A DNA stretch of 64,000 nt from a virus (IMGVR_UViG_3300045988_153285:64001-128000); one strand, 5' to 3'. Shown: positions 46,425 to 55,453, counted from the stretch's first letter. The notes: generated by a model not told the origin, from the sequence alone. Program-made: numbers and translations.

Positions 46425-47159
46425 ATGAAAAATAAATTAAATATAACTGAAACACAGGTATTTGGATTTGAAGCATCATTTAGAGGAATGAGAAATCCTA
46501 AAAACAGTTGGCATTTAAGTGATACAACAACATTAAATTGTTTAAAACATGATTATAATATAGAAGATATAAAACCTTTAATGCCTTATGACACTATAGA
46601 AGGTGTATTATTAGGTGAGAAAGATCTCAAACTGGCGCAAACATTAATTAAAGCTGGATCAGAGCATATGAAGTTTATGAGAATGATTCAAGTGTGGGCG
46701 GATATGGATATGACGAGATTCTTTTGGAGTGAATTTGATACATATAAATTTAATTCTAAGAATAGCTGCAGCACAATGCACAAACTATTAAATCCTAAAA
46801 ATGAAATTACATTAGATATGTTTGATTATTATGAAGAAGATTTAGATGTGGTAACTGATAATATAAAAAGACTAAATGAAATAAGAGAGGTGTTCTTAGC
46901 AACAAAAGATTTTAAAATTCAATGTCAATTAAAGAGAAGGGCGAAAACATTATTGTTTGATGGATTCTTGCAGTTAAGAACAGTTAACACTAACTATGCA
47001 GAATTAAGAAATATGGTTCTGCAAAGAAATAAACATCAATTAGCACCTGATTGGCAAAATTGCTTCTGCACATGGGTTACAACACTACCTTATGCTAAAG
47101 AATTAATTTTCTGTGGATTAGAAGATGAATACGAAAGATTAAAACAAAAAGAAAATTAA
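46425..47159 (+). CDS. divergent ThyX (Thy1)-like protein
   Basis: GSEHMKFMR...DMDMTRFFWSEFDTYKFNSKNSCS aligns by eye with ThyX GHeS..EH....isR....el.RHR..S...qS, but RHR is replaced by TYK. folD is adjacent. Confidence 0.35.
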   Translation: MKNKLNITETQVFGFEASFRGMRNPKNSWHLSDTTTLNCLKHDYNIEDIKPLMPYDTIEGVLLGEKDLKLAQTLIKAGSEHMKFMRMIQVWADMDMTRFFWSEFDTYKFNSKNSCSTMHKLLNPKNEITLDMFDYYEEDLDVVTDNIKRLNEIREVFLATKDFKIQCQLKRRAKTLLFDGFLQLRTVNTNYAELRNMVLQRNKHQLAPDWQNCFCTWVTTLPYAKELIFCGLEDEYERLKQKEN

Positions 47160-47190
47160 TATAAAAGCAGTATTTTATTAGGAGGTTTGA

Positions 47191-47412
47191 ATGAATAGAA
47201 AATATCAAAAATTAAAAGAATCAATTAAATACATATTAATAGCATTAATTGCATGGTGGACTTATAATCACACAACAGTAACTTTATATAATACTGATAG
47301 CGTTATATTGACTGAAATAGTTAAGTTATCTGCTGTTACAATGATAACCTATTTAGTAATGTGCGCATTAATACCAATAGGAAGATTATTATTAAAATTT
47401 ATTAATAAATAG
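47191..47412 (+). CDS. membrane protein, 73 aa
   Basis: Two TM helices; AGGAGG RBS. Confidence 0.55.
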   Translation: MNRKYQKLKESIKYILIALIAWWTYNHTTVTLYNTDSVILTEIVKLSAVTMITYLVMCALIPIGRLLLKFINK

Positions 47413-47423
47413 GAGTGAATTAA

Positions 47424-47612
47424 ATGATAAGAATAATATGTGATAAATGTAATAAAGATGCTGATTTCTTTGGTGCTAAAGAGCTAACTAAGGAAGAAAT
47501 AGATAAATTATCAGTAGAGTATAACACAGAATTTCAAGGCAAATTAATGATAGAAACTTTTGTGTGTCCTAGCTGTGGAGATGTGAGAGATTTTATACAT
47601 GTTTTATACTAA
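47424..47612 (+). CDS. zinc-ribbon protein, 62 aa
   Basis: CDKCNK...CPSCGD. Confidence 0.55.
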   Translation: MIRIICDKCNKDADFFGAKELTKEEIDKLSVEYNTEFQGKLMIETFVCPSCGDVRDFIHVLY

Positions 47613-47647
47613 AAAGAAAATTAACAAAATAAGGTAATAAATTATAG

Positions 47648-47699
47648 ACTCCTGCATATCATAGTAATATAAGAGATGATGTGAAGGAGTTTTTATTTT
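47648..47699 (+). terminator. terminator/attenuator hairpin that sequesters the next RBS
   Basis: actcct-g-catatcat / atgatgtg-a-aggagt (14 bp with a 1x1 internal loop, 13-nt loop) followed by ttttatttt. The 3' arm is the AAGGAG RBS of ORF 47700. Confidence 0.55.
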
Positions 47700-47894
47700 A
47701 TGCTAAAAGAAAATCAAATCTGTACATTTACTAACAAAGGAAGTTGGACTAATTCTAGATTAGATGGTGAGAAGGTAATAATTAAAAGAATATATGATTA
47801 TGAAGTAGTAGTTGATTTTTTAGAGGCAACTAGCATGGGGCATAGATTGGCAAATATGATGGTTGACATTGAGGAATTGAACATTTGTAATTAA
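47700..47894 (+). CDS. hypothetical protein, 64 aa
   Basis: Last + strand ORF of the early region. Confidence 0.5.
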   Translation: MLKENQICTFTNKGSWTNSRLDGEKVIIKRIYDYEVVVDFLEATSMGHRLANMMVDIEELNICN

Positions 47895-47903
47895 AAAAGT
47901 AAA

Positions 47904-47953
47904 AAATAAGGGATAATAGGCTACAAATTAATGTAACTTACTATCCCTTATTT
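47904..47953. terminator. 12-bp stem hairpin (AAATAAGGGATA / TATCCCTTATTT)
   Basis: Perfect 12-bp stem with a 26-nt loop, at the convergence of + and - transcription. Confidence 0.5.
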
Positions 47954-48049
47954 GTATAAAAACTAAATTTTATAATGAATATTTATGCCTATAGAAGGCT
48001 ATAATAATTAATGGTTATAGAATGCAGTGATGCATCTAACGGATAAAAA

Positions 48050-48129
48050 AATAAGGGTACTATAAAGCAATAATAAAATAACTTAACTGAATTTAGTTAT
48101 CTTAAAATCATTTTTATAGTACCCTTATT
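48050..48129. terminator. 17-bp perfect stem hairpin with nested inner hairpin
   Basis: aataagggtactataaa(48050-48066) / tttatagtacccttatt(48113-48129). The 46-nt loop contains an ataact..agttat inner stem. Confidence 0.5.
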
Positions 48130-48374
48130 AAAAGATTGTAACGCCATATGTCTTATGATATAATAAAACCCTCATCATCGGAGTTGAGCCTACAGGTTCT
48201 CTCCTTTAATTTAATCTCTCTCATACTCGTTTATCCTCACTTATACTCGGTTTTTCAAATGTATAAACTTGTTAAAATCATCATTTTATAAACCAAATTA
48301 AAAAGAGTAGGAAAGTGTCCACTCTTAAATTAATTTATCATCTCATTTTTTATTTAATTTATTTTTGTTCATTG

Positions 48375-48704
48375 TTATCTAATCTTCTCCTTTATGATAG
48401 TTATATCGGTCTTCATTTCACTTAAATTACTATTTATGCTTTGGAATTCTTTTGTGGTTCTATCAAACGTCTCTAATGCTAATCTCAATGTCTTTTTATC
48501 TTCTTTATTTTCTTCTTTCATTGCCCTTATTTCATCTTTAGACTCTTTAACATCTGATTTTAAATCATTAATTCTTTCATTGGTAAGATTCATATTTCTC
48601 TTATCCACTGTTTTTATATATGCTATAAGTCCAATTACTGCTAAAAGCAATAATCCTGCTATCGCACTAACCTTGTATGTTTCTGTTAATACTTGTTCAA
48701 TCAT
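48375..48704 (-). CDS. membrane-anchored coiled-coil protein (BhlA/UviB-like architecture)
   Basis: N-terminal TM helix AIAGLLLLAVIGLIAYI, then a Lys/Glu-rich coiled coil; family call by architecture only. Confidence 0.4.
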   Translation of the reverse strand: MIEQVLTETYKVSAIAGLLLLAVIGLIAYIKTVDKRNMNLTNERINDLKSDVKESKDEIRAMKEENKEDKKTLRLALETFDRTTKEFQSINSNLSEMKTDITIIKEKIR

Positions 48705-48849
48705 TTTTAATTACCTGCCTTTCTGTTGATTCCATTTATTGTATCTATAACGCAAAATTATTGTGGCTACTAATGAGATTAATAGGGTTATCCCATTGAC
48801 TATCACCTCCTTTAGTTGCTCCTTAGATTTGTTGGATTGTTATTTGTAA

Positions 48850-49857
48850 TTAATCAAATAGGTTATCCATTCCCTCATCAGGTCTAAGATCATAGAATTT
48901 TTGTGTCGTAGAAATATCGTTATGTTGACAAACATATTTACTTACTAATTTAATATCCTTACCTTTAGATAAGAGATGAGTTGCTGCACTAGCTTTAAAT
49001 AAGTGTGGATTAATTCTTCTGCCTAATATATCTGACAGTATATCTGAACAAACACCATTAACCCATTCTTTTGAAGCCATTTTAATTTTCCCATCATATT
49101 TAGTAGTAAATATATATTCATGTTCATACCCTCTATGTTCTAACCATAAGTTTATGTAATCAATACATTCTTGATTTAACATGTATTGACAAATCTTACC
49201 ATCTTTACTGCGCCCTTTTTCACGAACTTTATTGCTTAGAACATAAGATTTACCTTCTGGAATGCCATCTTTTATGCAGTCAACTTTAAATTGAACTATC
49301 CCTCCACGTCTAGCACCACAATTAAACGCACATACTACCCAAGCTAGAGCCATGTAGTTCTCATCTGCAAGTAATACTTCTTTTAATTTTTCATATTCCT
49401 TCTCCGAAATAGGGATTTTTTCATAAACATAATTTAATGGGATATCTTTAAAAGCAGTAGTAAAATTTCTAAATAATTCATATTCATCACTATCATCTGC
49501 AACATTATCTAAAATATAATTACATAATGAGCTACACGCACTTTTCTTAAATTTTAATCCGCTGCTACTCATACCCCTATTAGTAAGATAACTCATATAT
49601 CTCGTAAAATCTCTTTTCTTAATTTTGTATAGTGGTTTATCATTACATGACGTATACACCCAATAGACAAATTGTTTTAATGCAGACCAATATTGCTTCC
49701 TAGTATCAGGACTGAGTTGTGGCTTAGAATCGAAGAATTCTTGAATCATTTCTCTAGTTTCTTGATTGCATCGCTTGTACATTTCATCTGTTACTGTAGG
49801 AAGTTTTAAAGATCTCTCCCTAACCATATTCATTTCTATATTTTTGTTATTTTCCAT
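48850..49857 (-). CDS. tyrosine recombinase / integrase
   Basis: SAM-like N-domain; box I GARRGGIVQF; box II NPHLFKASAATHLL...CQHNDISTTQKFY (H..K, H, Y); AAGGAGGA RBS. Confidence 0.7.
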   Translation of the reverse strand: MENNKNIEMNMVRERSLKLPTVTDEMYKRCNQETREMIQEFFDSKPQLSPDTRKQYWSALKQFVYWVYTSCNDKPLYKIKKRDFTRYMSYLTNRGMSSSGLKFKKSACSSLCNYILDNVADDSDEYELFRNFTTAFKDIPLNYVYEKIPISEKEYEKLKEVLLADENYMALAWVVCAFNCGARRGGIVQFKVDCIKDGIPEGKSYVLSNKVREKGRSKDGKICQYMLNQECIDYINLWLEHRGYEHEYIFTTKYDGKIKMASKEWVNGVCSDILSDILGRRINPHLFKASAATHLLSKGKDIKLVSKYVCQHNDISTTQKFYDLRPDEGMDNLFD

Positions 49858-50049
49858 AAGTTTATTCCTCCTTAAATTTATTAATTTATGGTTGTGGGCG
49901 TAGAATCATCTACGACCAAGAGGAGAGATTTTCAACCTCCCTCTGAATTGTGTTTGTTAATTTTTGCTCGTTCATGGTAGGCGTTTGTATTGTGATAGAG
50001 TAATACTAATAACCTAAATCTCACTAAAATCCACTTATACTGCAAATCC

Positions 50050-50101
50050 TTTTGTCAAAGATGTGTAAATTTTATATGTATTTTTGTCAATAATGTGTAA
50101 A
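50050..50101. repeat. two 20-bp direct repeats, 32-bp period
   Basis: TTTTGTCAAAGATGTGTAAA (50050-50069) and TTTTGTCAATAATGTGTAAA (50082-50101), 18/20 identical; on the minus strand each contains TTGACA. Confidence 0.6.
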
Positions 50102-50107
50102 ATGCAC

Positions 50108-50980
50108 CTAATTAAGTTTAAATAAATTTACGATACCCTGCATTTCATTTAATTTATTACCTTTATAATATATTCTTGGGTTCACAACTATAAATTCTTT
50201 ACCACCTATTTTAGATTGCATTATTACTTTTTCGTTATTAACAGTTAATCCCATTAAAGCTCTTTTCATAGAGTCAACCCTGCTATACCCTAAGTATTCG
50301 GATAATTCTTGCATAGTGTATTTTTCAATTAATTCAACTATATCTTCTTTAGGATTTTTACATATAACGTTTGTTTTATAATTTACTAATGGCAACAATT
50401 TAATAAGCAATCCTAATTTCTTATGCTCTTTTGGTAATGAATTTTCATACAGTTCTTTTATTGCTTTATCAAACATTCTAACCACTTCTTTCTTATTCTT
50501 TACTTCACCTTTTACACATACATCTGTATTGACTTTAACATAACCTTGTTTATCATAATGGATAAGATTATTTTCTTCTAAGTATTCTATAGTCCTGTAA
50601 CAATCTTTCGAACTTAAATTTAATATTTCAAACAAATCTTTTTTAACACACAATCTACCTTCTGCTTTAGCATTACCTAATTCCAAATATCCTTTAAAAT
50701 TCTCAAATGTACATAAATATAAAAATCTAAATGTAAATTGATTTGATTCTAGCTTGTTATAATAATTAAAATAAAAACCACCCAATTCTTCTTTAATAAA
50801 CTGCTTGAATAAATCATTATTGGGAATAAATTCTTCTCCTCTATCATTGAGTTTGCTGTTACCTTTTGGCGCAGAAGTGTAGTTTGATTTTAAATATTCT
50901 ATTTCTTCCATAGTTAAGTATTGTATTATTTCACCTGTATTTTCATTAAAAATTGAATAGTTTGTTAATTCATTCATCAT
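50108..50980 (-). CDS. hypothetical protein with two winged-helix-like segments (replication initiator or regulator candidate)
   Basis: 290 aa; helix-turn-helix-like stretches (..CYRTIEYLEENNLIHYDKQG.., ..MQELSEYLGYSRVDSMKRAL..); overlaps the upstream gene by ATGA. Confidence 0.3.
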   Translation of the reverse strand: MMNELTNYSIFNENTGEIIQYLTMEEIEYLKSNYTSAPKGNSKLNDRGEEFIPNNDLFKQFIKEELGGFYFNYYNKLESNQFTFRFLYLCTFENFKGYLELGNAKAEGRLCVKKDLFEILNLSSKDCYRTIEYLEENNLIHYDKQGYVKVNTDVCVKGEVKNKKEVVRMFDKAIKELYENSLPKEHKKLGLLIKLLPLVNYKTNVICKNPKEDIVELIEKYTMQELSEYLGYSRVDSMKRALMGLTVNNEKVIMQSKIGGKEFIVVNPRIYYKGNKLNEMQGIVNLFKLN

Positions 50981-51435
50981 TTCTTCCCTCTTTTCTTTTT
51001 GTTAATTTTATTTTGTTTCTGAATCTGCATATATTCTTTCTTTTGTAGTTTATCTTCGAGGTTATACCATTTACCACCTAAAGTTACCACTAGCTCAAAT
51101 CTAGCATCTTGATTTAGGTATTTGCACATCTTGATCTTATTTTTACTTTCAATTGTTATATTATATAAACTACCTTTTACGTCCACAATTACAAGTTGTC
51201 CATCTTTTTCATAAGTCATATCACTTACATACACCATCTGCCTTACAGCATTTCCGTAGCTGTCTTTAAACTTAGGAACTAACACAAACTCTCTTTGTCT
51301 ATCTAGGTTAGTTATTAAGCCTTGTTCTTGCATATCACATAAATGCAACCAATATTTGTATTCTGTAGTGCTGTCAAATTCTCCATATTTATCATCTTTA
51401 ACTTTTTTACTTGCAAACTTTCTACTTCTAGCCAT
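50977..51435 (-). CDS. DUF1064-like (PD-(D/E)XK fold) protein
   Basis: KYGEFDSTTEYKYWLHL...YVSDMTY..DGQLVIVDVKG resembles the DUF1064 pattern. Confidence 0.45.
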   Translation of the reverse strand: MARSRKFASKKVKDDKYGEFDSTTEYKYWLHLCDMQEQGLITNLDRQREFVLVPKFKDSYGNAVRQMVYVSDMTYEKDGQLVIVDVKGSLYNITIESKNKIKMCKYLNQDARFELVVTLGGKWYNLEDKLQKKEYMQIQKQNKINKKKRGKK

Positions 51436-51546
51436 TCAATTTCCTCCTTTATATTGTTAAATTTTTATCATAGTTATTGTTTGTATTGCTTGTACCCTCA
51501 AAATCATCTAAATAATTACGCTAAATAGAGATTATGTTAATACACA

Positions 51547-51575
51547 TTGATACGTATTCGCAAAAATGTTATAAT
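51547..51575 (+). promoter_or_regulatory. sigma-A promoter without the 17-bp box
   Basis: TTGATA(51547-51552)-17 bp-TATAAT(51570-51575) with TGt extended -10; divergent from the 51435 minus-strand gene. Confidence 0.6.
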
Positions 51576-51594
51576 ATTTATGAGGTGATACAAA

Positions 51595-51828
51595 TTGGCA
51601 TTCATAATTAATGGACAAGTTATAACAGAAAAAGGTGATTATCTTTCTAAAGGTGAAAGATCACGATTAAATTCAACAATGAGGACAGATTTACATAAAG
51701 ACTTTTCAGCATTAATGAAATATCACATCAGAGAGCATATGAGTGTTGGCTTTGATGTATTAATAGAAATGCTTCAAGATAATCCTGAAATGTTGAATGA
51801 ATTTATAACTCGTTGTAAGAAATACTAA
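51595..51828 (+). CDS. hypothetical protein, 77 aa (TTG start)
   Basis: GAGGTGA RBS 6 nt before TTG; lone + strand gene between minus-strand modules. Confidence 0.5.
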   Translation: MAFIINGQVITEKGDYLSKGERSRLNSTMRTDLHKDFSALMKYHIREHMSVGFDVLIEMLQDNPEMLNEFITRCKKY

Positions 51829-51960
51829 CTTCAATTCTGACAGATTTTAAATTTCAACTTCATGTTCAAACGTAACGAAAGTAGTTGAATAAAATTCTAT
51901 CATCAATCAAAATATTTTAGCCATATAGACAAATAATAAAAAGTCCTGTATAATATAATA

Positions 51961-51998
51961 TTAAATTTAAAAAGAGGGGATATTTCACCCCTCAATTT
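51961..51998. terminator. bidirectional rho-independent terminator
   Basis: gagggg-atatttca-cccctc flanked by an A-run (5') and a T-rich tract (3'). Confidence 0.7.
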
Positions 51999-52011
51999 AT
52001 TATTTTATTAA

Positions 52012-53379
52012 TTAAGCTAATGTAAAGCTGTCTATTTCAACAGTTCTAAATCTGATACAACCTTCTAATTGTCCACCTAATTCTTCTAAAGCAGTTTGGT
52101 CAGCCTTTAATGCTATTTTACCATCAACTTCACCTTTATAAGTGTTGAATGTTTCTGTTTCAACTTTTGTAGCAACAGCAGAAGCATTAGCGTCAGCCAT
52201 TCCTTTAACTTCGTTGATTGCATTTACAACTGTATCTTTTGCAGAAGTAGCTAAACCAGAAACAGCACCCATTTCAGCTTTTAATGCATATTCTTCATGG
52301 TCATGAGTAGCATCAGCTTTGTTTGCTAAAGCACCTGTAACTTCTTCTTTATAGCTGTCAAATGCAGATTGTTCTACTTTAGTTGCGATAGCAGAAGTGT
52401 TAGCATTAACTAATCCTCTAACTTCTTCAACTTCATTTCCTAAAGCGTATTCTTCGTGAGTATGACCTTCGTTAGATTTTCCTGTTAATAATCCTTCAAC
52501 TTCAATTTTGTATTCAGCTAAGTCAGAAGCGTTCTTATTAGCTTTAGCGTCTGCACCTTCAGCAGTAGCCTTAACACCATTTATAGCTTCAGTTACTTCT
52601 GTAGCATTTGCTTTGTCATTTAACTTTCCTTCTACTTCTAATTTGTAAGCTTCTAAAACTGAGTTTTCAACTTTAGCATCTAACTTACCTTGTACTTCTG
52701 TTTTGTATGCTTCAAATACTACGTTGTCAACCTTAGTTGCTAATTTAGATTCAACTTCACCTTTAGTGATAGCGTCAGTTACAGATGTAAGTGGTCTAAA
52801 TCTCTTTTCAAATGTAGATTCTAAAGCATTAACACAGATATAAGTTGTGTCAACTATAAATACCATATCACCATTTTGAACAGTTAATAACATTGCTGCT
52901 TCTTGGCTTTCAGCATCGAAATGTTCATTGATTGCTATAGCAGGTATCATAGATTCATCTAATTTACCGTTAGCTCCTAATACTGGAATGTTACCTTCTG
53001 CATTACCAATATTTTTGTAAGCAGCAGTTCCTAGATCAGCAACGTTTGCCTTCTTTTCTATTTCAGTTGTTAATTCTTGTTTTGCAGTAGCTATATCTTG
53101 TGCAACTTGAGTCTTATCAGCTTTATCGCTTTCTAATGTAGTAACTCTTCCTTCGACAGCACCTATTTTACCATCTAAAGCTAAGTCAGCTTCTTTGTAT
53201 TCTTTTTCAACTCTAGCTATTTCACCTGCATTAGTAGATATTTGTCCTTCTAAAGAAGTCAATTGGTCATTTAATTTAACGCTACCATCACCAACGAATA
53301 CCGCTTTACCATCTGTTACAGGTAATACTTCCTTCCCTTGTTTGTCCACTAATAATACGTAATTTCTTAAATCTGCCAT
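52012..53379 (-). CDS. tail fibre protein with repeated coiled-coil modules
   Basis: N-terminus MADLRNYVLLVDKQGKEVLPVTDGKAVFV is shared with 55631-57556. About 6 repeats of ..YK.EV.GKL..KA(D/N)..; HTHEEYAL / HDHEEYAL. Confidence 0.6.
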   Translation of the reverse strand: MADLRNYVLLVDKQGKEVLPVTDGKAVFVGDGSVKLNDQLTSLEGQISTNAGEIARVEKEYKEADLALDGKIGAVEGRVTTLESDKADKTQVAQDIATAKQELTTEIEKKANVADLGTAAYKNIGNAEGNIPVLGANGKLDESMIPAIAINEHFDAESQEAAMLLTVQNGDMVFIVDTTYICVNALESTFEKRFRPLTSVTDAITKGEVESKLATKVDNVVFEAYKTEVQGKLDAKVENSVLEAYKLEVEGKLNDKANATEVTEAINGVKATAEGADAKANKNASDLAEYKIEVEGLLTGKSNEGHTHEEYALGNEVEEVRGLVNANTSAIATKVEQSAFDSYKEEVTGALANKADATHDHEEYALKAEMGAVSGLATSAKDTVVNAINEVKGMADANASAVATKVETETFNTYKGEVDGKIALKADQTALEELGGQLEGCIRFRTVEIDSFTLA

Positions 53380-53426
53380 AAATAAATTCCTCCTTAAAAT
53401 TAAAAAATATTTTTGTTTGTTATTTT

Positions 53427-53801
53427 TTATGCTAAACTGCCGTTTTCAATGTCGAAAGGTTTAGTGCCTATACCAGCAATACCATTCGGGCCATTTTCAT
53501 CGACAATTATAACCAATCTACAATTTTTCTTTTCAGATAAATAAACTGAAACATTGTTTTCATCTATTGCAACTGTATCAGCTACATCAAACAGTTCCCC
53601 ATCATCATAAGCTTGTACAATTACATTCATTGAGTCGAGGTTATGATTAATGTCATATTTGAATAAGCCATTATGAGTTTCGTCATCAACAACTTCTATC
53701 AGATTAGCAGCTAAAATATTAAATCTAACTTCTTCTGTATTAGTAACATCATTATTGTCGCTATACTTTTTAATTAATGCAATAACCATAGCTAAATTCA
53801 T
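53427..53801 (-). CDS. hypothetical structural-module protein, 124 aa
   Basis: ORF with AGGAGGTGG RBS. Confidence 0.55.
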   Translation of the reverse strand: MNLAMVIALIKKYSDNNDVTNTEEVRFNILAANLIEVVDDETHNGLFKYDINHNLDSMNVIVQAYDDGELFDVADTVAIDENNVSVYLSEKKNCRLVIIVDENGPNGIAGIGTKPFDIENGSLA

Positions 53802-53815
53802 TGCCTTTCCACCTC

Positions 53816-53998
53816 CTATAATTCAATCCATTTGGTCTTATCACCATTTAATATGAAAACTCTTAAATTTTCACCATCAATAAATGTAATTGTACTGTTA
53901 GGAGCTTGCCCTCGTTTATCAATCTTTTCGATTTCAACTTCTTCAGAAACAGACCATTCACAAACTCCCAAAGGGCTATTACTTAAAAGTGTTATCAT
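53816..53998 (-). CDS. hypothetical protein, 60 aa
   Basis: ORF with AAAGGAGGG RBS. Confidence 0.5.
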   Translation of the reverse strand: MITLLSNSPLGVCEWSVSEEVEIEKIDKRGQAPNSTITFIDGENLRVFILNGDKTKWIEL

Positions 53999-54122
53999 TT
54001 AATTCCCTCCTTTGAATAAGAATTTTAAAATTTGCTAATACTATTAACAACCAAGATTATTTTAAATAGGAGAGTAGGGCAAAATATTAAAACATACTGC
54101 AGCTCTATTCTCCTTAATTAAA

Positions 54123-54380
54123 TTATTTCTTTTCTATAAAGTTTCTAAATAATTCATACATTCCTGTAGAAGCAAGTCCACTAATTAATCCAGCAACTAT
54201 AACATTTGGATCTATTGCTCCTGAAACAAAGCAATTAAATAGCACACCTATAGCTCCCATGATTAAAGGTATATATTTGTTTGGGATAAAGTCTAGTGAT
54301 GTTTTTATAACATAACCAACCCCTAAACAGAAAGCTAAAGTAATAACAACGATAAATTCACTTAAAAATGTTAAATCCAT
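54123..54380 (-). CDS. holin
   Basis: 85 aa, 2-3 TM helices, ..NKYIPLIMGAIGV.. motif, directly downstream of the endolysin. Confidence 0.55.
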   Translation of the reverse strand: MDLTFLSEFIVVITLAFCLGVGYVIKTSLDFIPNKYIPLIMGAIGVLFNCFVSGAIDPNVIVAGLISGLASTGMYELFRNFIEKK

Positions 54381-54406
54381 AATAATTCCTCCTTAATATT
54401 TTAATT

Positions 54407-55453
54407 TTATAATCCTAATAATTTTCTCCAAGTTGCTTGCCCACAAACACCATCTTGAGATAAACCCTTAGAACTTTGATATGACTTAACTGCATTGGCA
54501 GTTCCACTACCATAAATTCCATCTATTCCATTAGTTGAATATCCTAAGCTAACCAATTTCTCTTGAAGTAATTTAGTAATATTGCCACTTGCACCTTGTC
54601 TAAGAGTAGGACATCCATTAAGAGTGTTGACTCCTGCAATACCATCTACTTTTTGATTAGAAAATCCTTGATTATTACATTCTTGTTGTAATCTTCTTAC
54701 CCAATCATCACCTGAATTAGAACTTTTCTTAGCAATTAATTCATCTAATTTAGCAAAAGTTCTTATTCCTGCTAATCCATCTGGATCTAAACCATTATCC
54801 TTTTGAAATTGAACTAAACTATTGTAAGTCCCTTGCCCAAATTGTGAGTCTGCGCCATATCCACCACAGTTATAACCTAATAAAATCAGTTTCTCTTGCA
54901 ATTCCTTACATCTACTTCCTACATATTCTTTTGCTTTTTGTACATTAGATTTAGTTTCAGTAATAGGATGAGTAGTAACAACTACATTTTCTACCTTTGT
55001 TTCGGTTTGAACAATCCCTTTTCTTGCCTTTAATTCGGCTAAAGGATAATTCGTTCCAGGACAATTAGAACTTCCAACCTCTCTATGCCCATAAATAGGT
55101 AGTTGCCCATATTTATTATCTAAATATTGAATTAACCATTTAATAGCATTTAGCTGTGCTGTTGGCATAATTTCTGTCATATAACTTCCTTCTGCACATA
55201 TTCCTAGTGTATTAGTATTTGCACCACTTACATGCGCACCGATTGCATTTTCTGGTCTTCCTCTATAAATCGTTCCATCTTTTCTTACAAAGAAATGATA
55301 TCCTATTCCAGTCCATCCATTGCCTAAGTGCCAAGAATGAATTTGTTGTACAGTACAAATTGAATCTTCTGCATGGTGTAATACTATTTTCTTTGGTTTG
55401 TTAGTGTAGCTTAAACTTCCATTCCATTTAAAATTTGTTTCAATAATTTGCAT
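54407..55453 (-). CDS. endolysin: N-acetylmuramoyl-L-alanine amidase + 3 PG_binding_1 repeats
   Basis: Amidase_2/PGRP motifs IVLHHAE, GWTGIGYHFFV, GAHVSGANTNTLGICAEG. Three repeats of LGY....DG.FG..T...V..FQ...GL..DG. ATG 55453 preferred over track TTG 55462. Confidence 0.85.
   Translation of the reverse strand: MQIIETNFKWNGSLSYTNKPKKIVLHHAEDSICTVQQIHSWHLGNGWTGIGYHFFVRKDGTIYRGRPENAIGAHVSGANTNTLGICAEGSYMTEIMPTAQLNAIKWLIQYLDNKYGQLPIYGHREVGSSNCPGTNYPLAELKARKGIVQTETKVENVVVTTHPITETKSNVQKAKEYVGSRCKELQEKLILLGYNCGGYGADSQFGQGTYNSLVQFQKDNGLDPDGLAGIRTFAKLDELIAKKSSNSGDDWVRRLQQECNNQGFSNQKVDGIAGVNTLNGCPTLRQGASGNITKLLQEKLVSLGYSTNGIDGIYGSGTANAVKSYQSSKGLSQDGVCGQATWRKLLGL

Noticed and set aside
48165-49990. 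tRNA, tmRNA or tRNA-fragment in the GC-richer patches (48165-48215, 49885-49990)
   Set aside because: I could not fold either into a cloverleaf, and there is no T-loop GTTCRANNC or acceptor-stem pairing. They are kept only as att-site or UTR-structure candidates.
54068-54114. 13-bp stem hairpin between the holin gene and ORF 53816-53998, which pairs better as + strand RNA (two G-U pairs) although all genes here are on the minus strand; possible antisense RNA
   Set aside because: No + strand promoter or T-run is associated with it. With A-C mismatches it can still act as a weak minus-strand structure. There is too little evidence for an antisense transcript.
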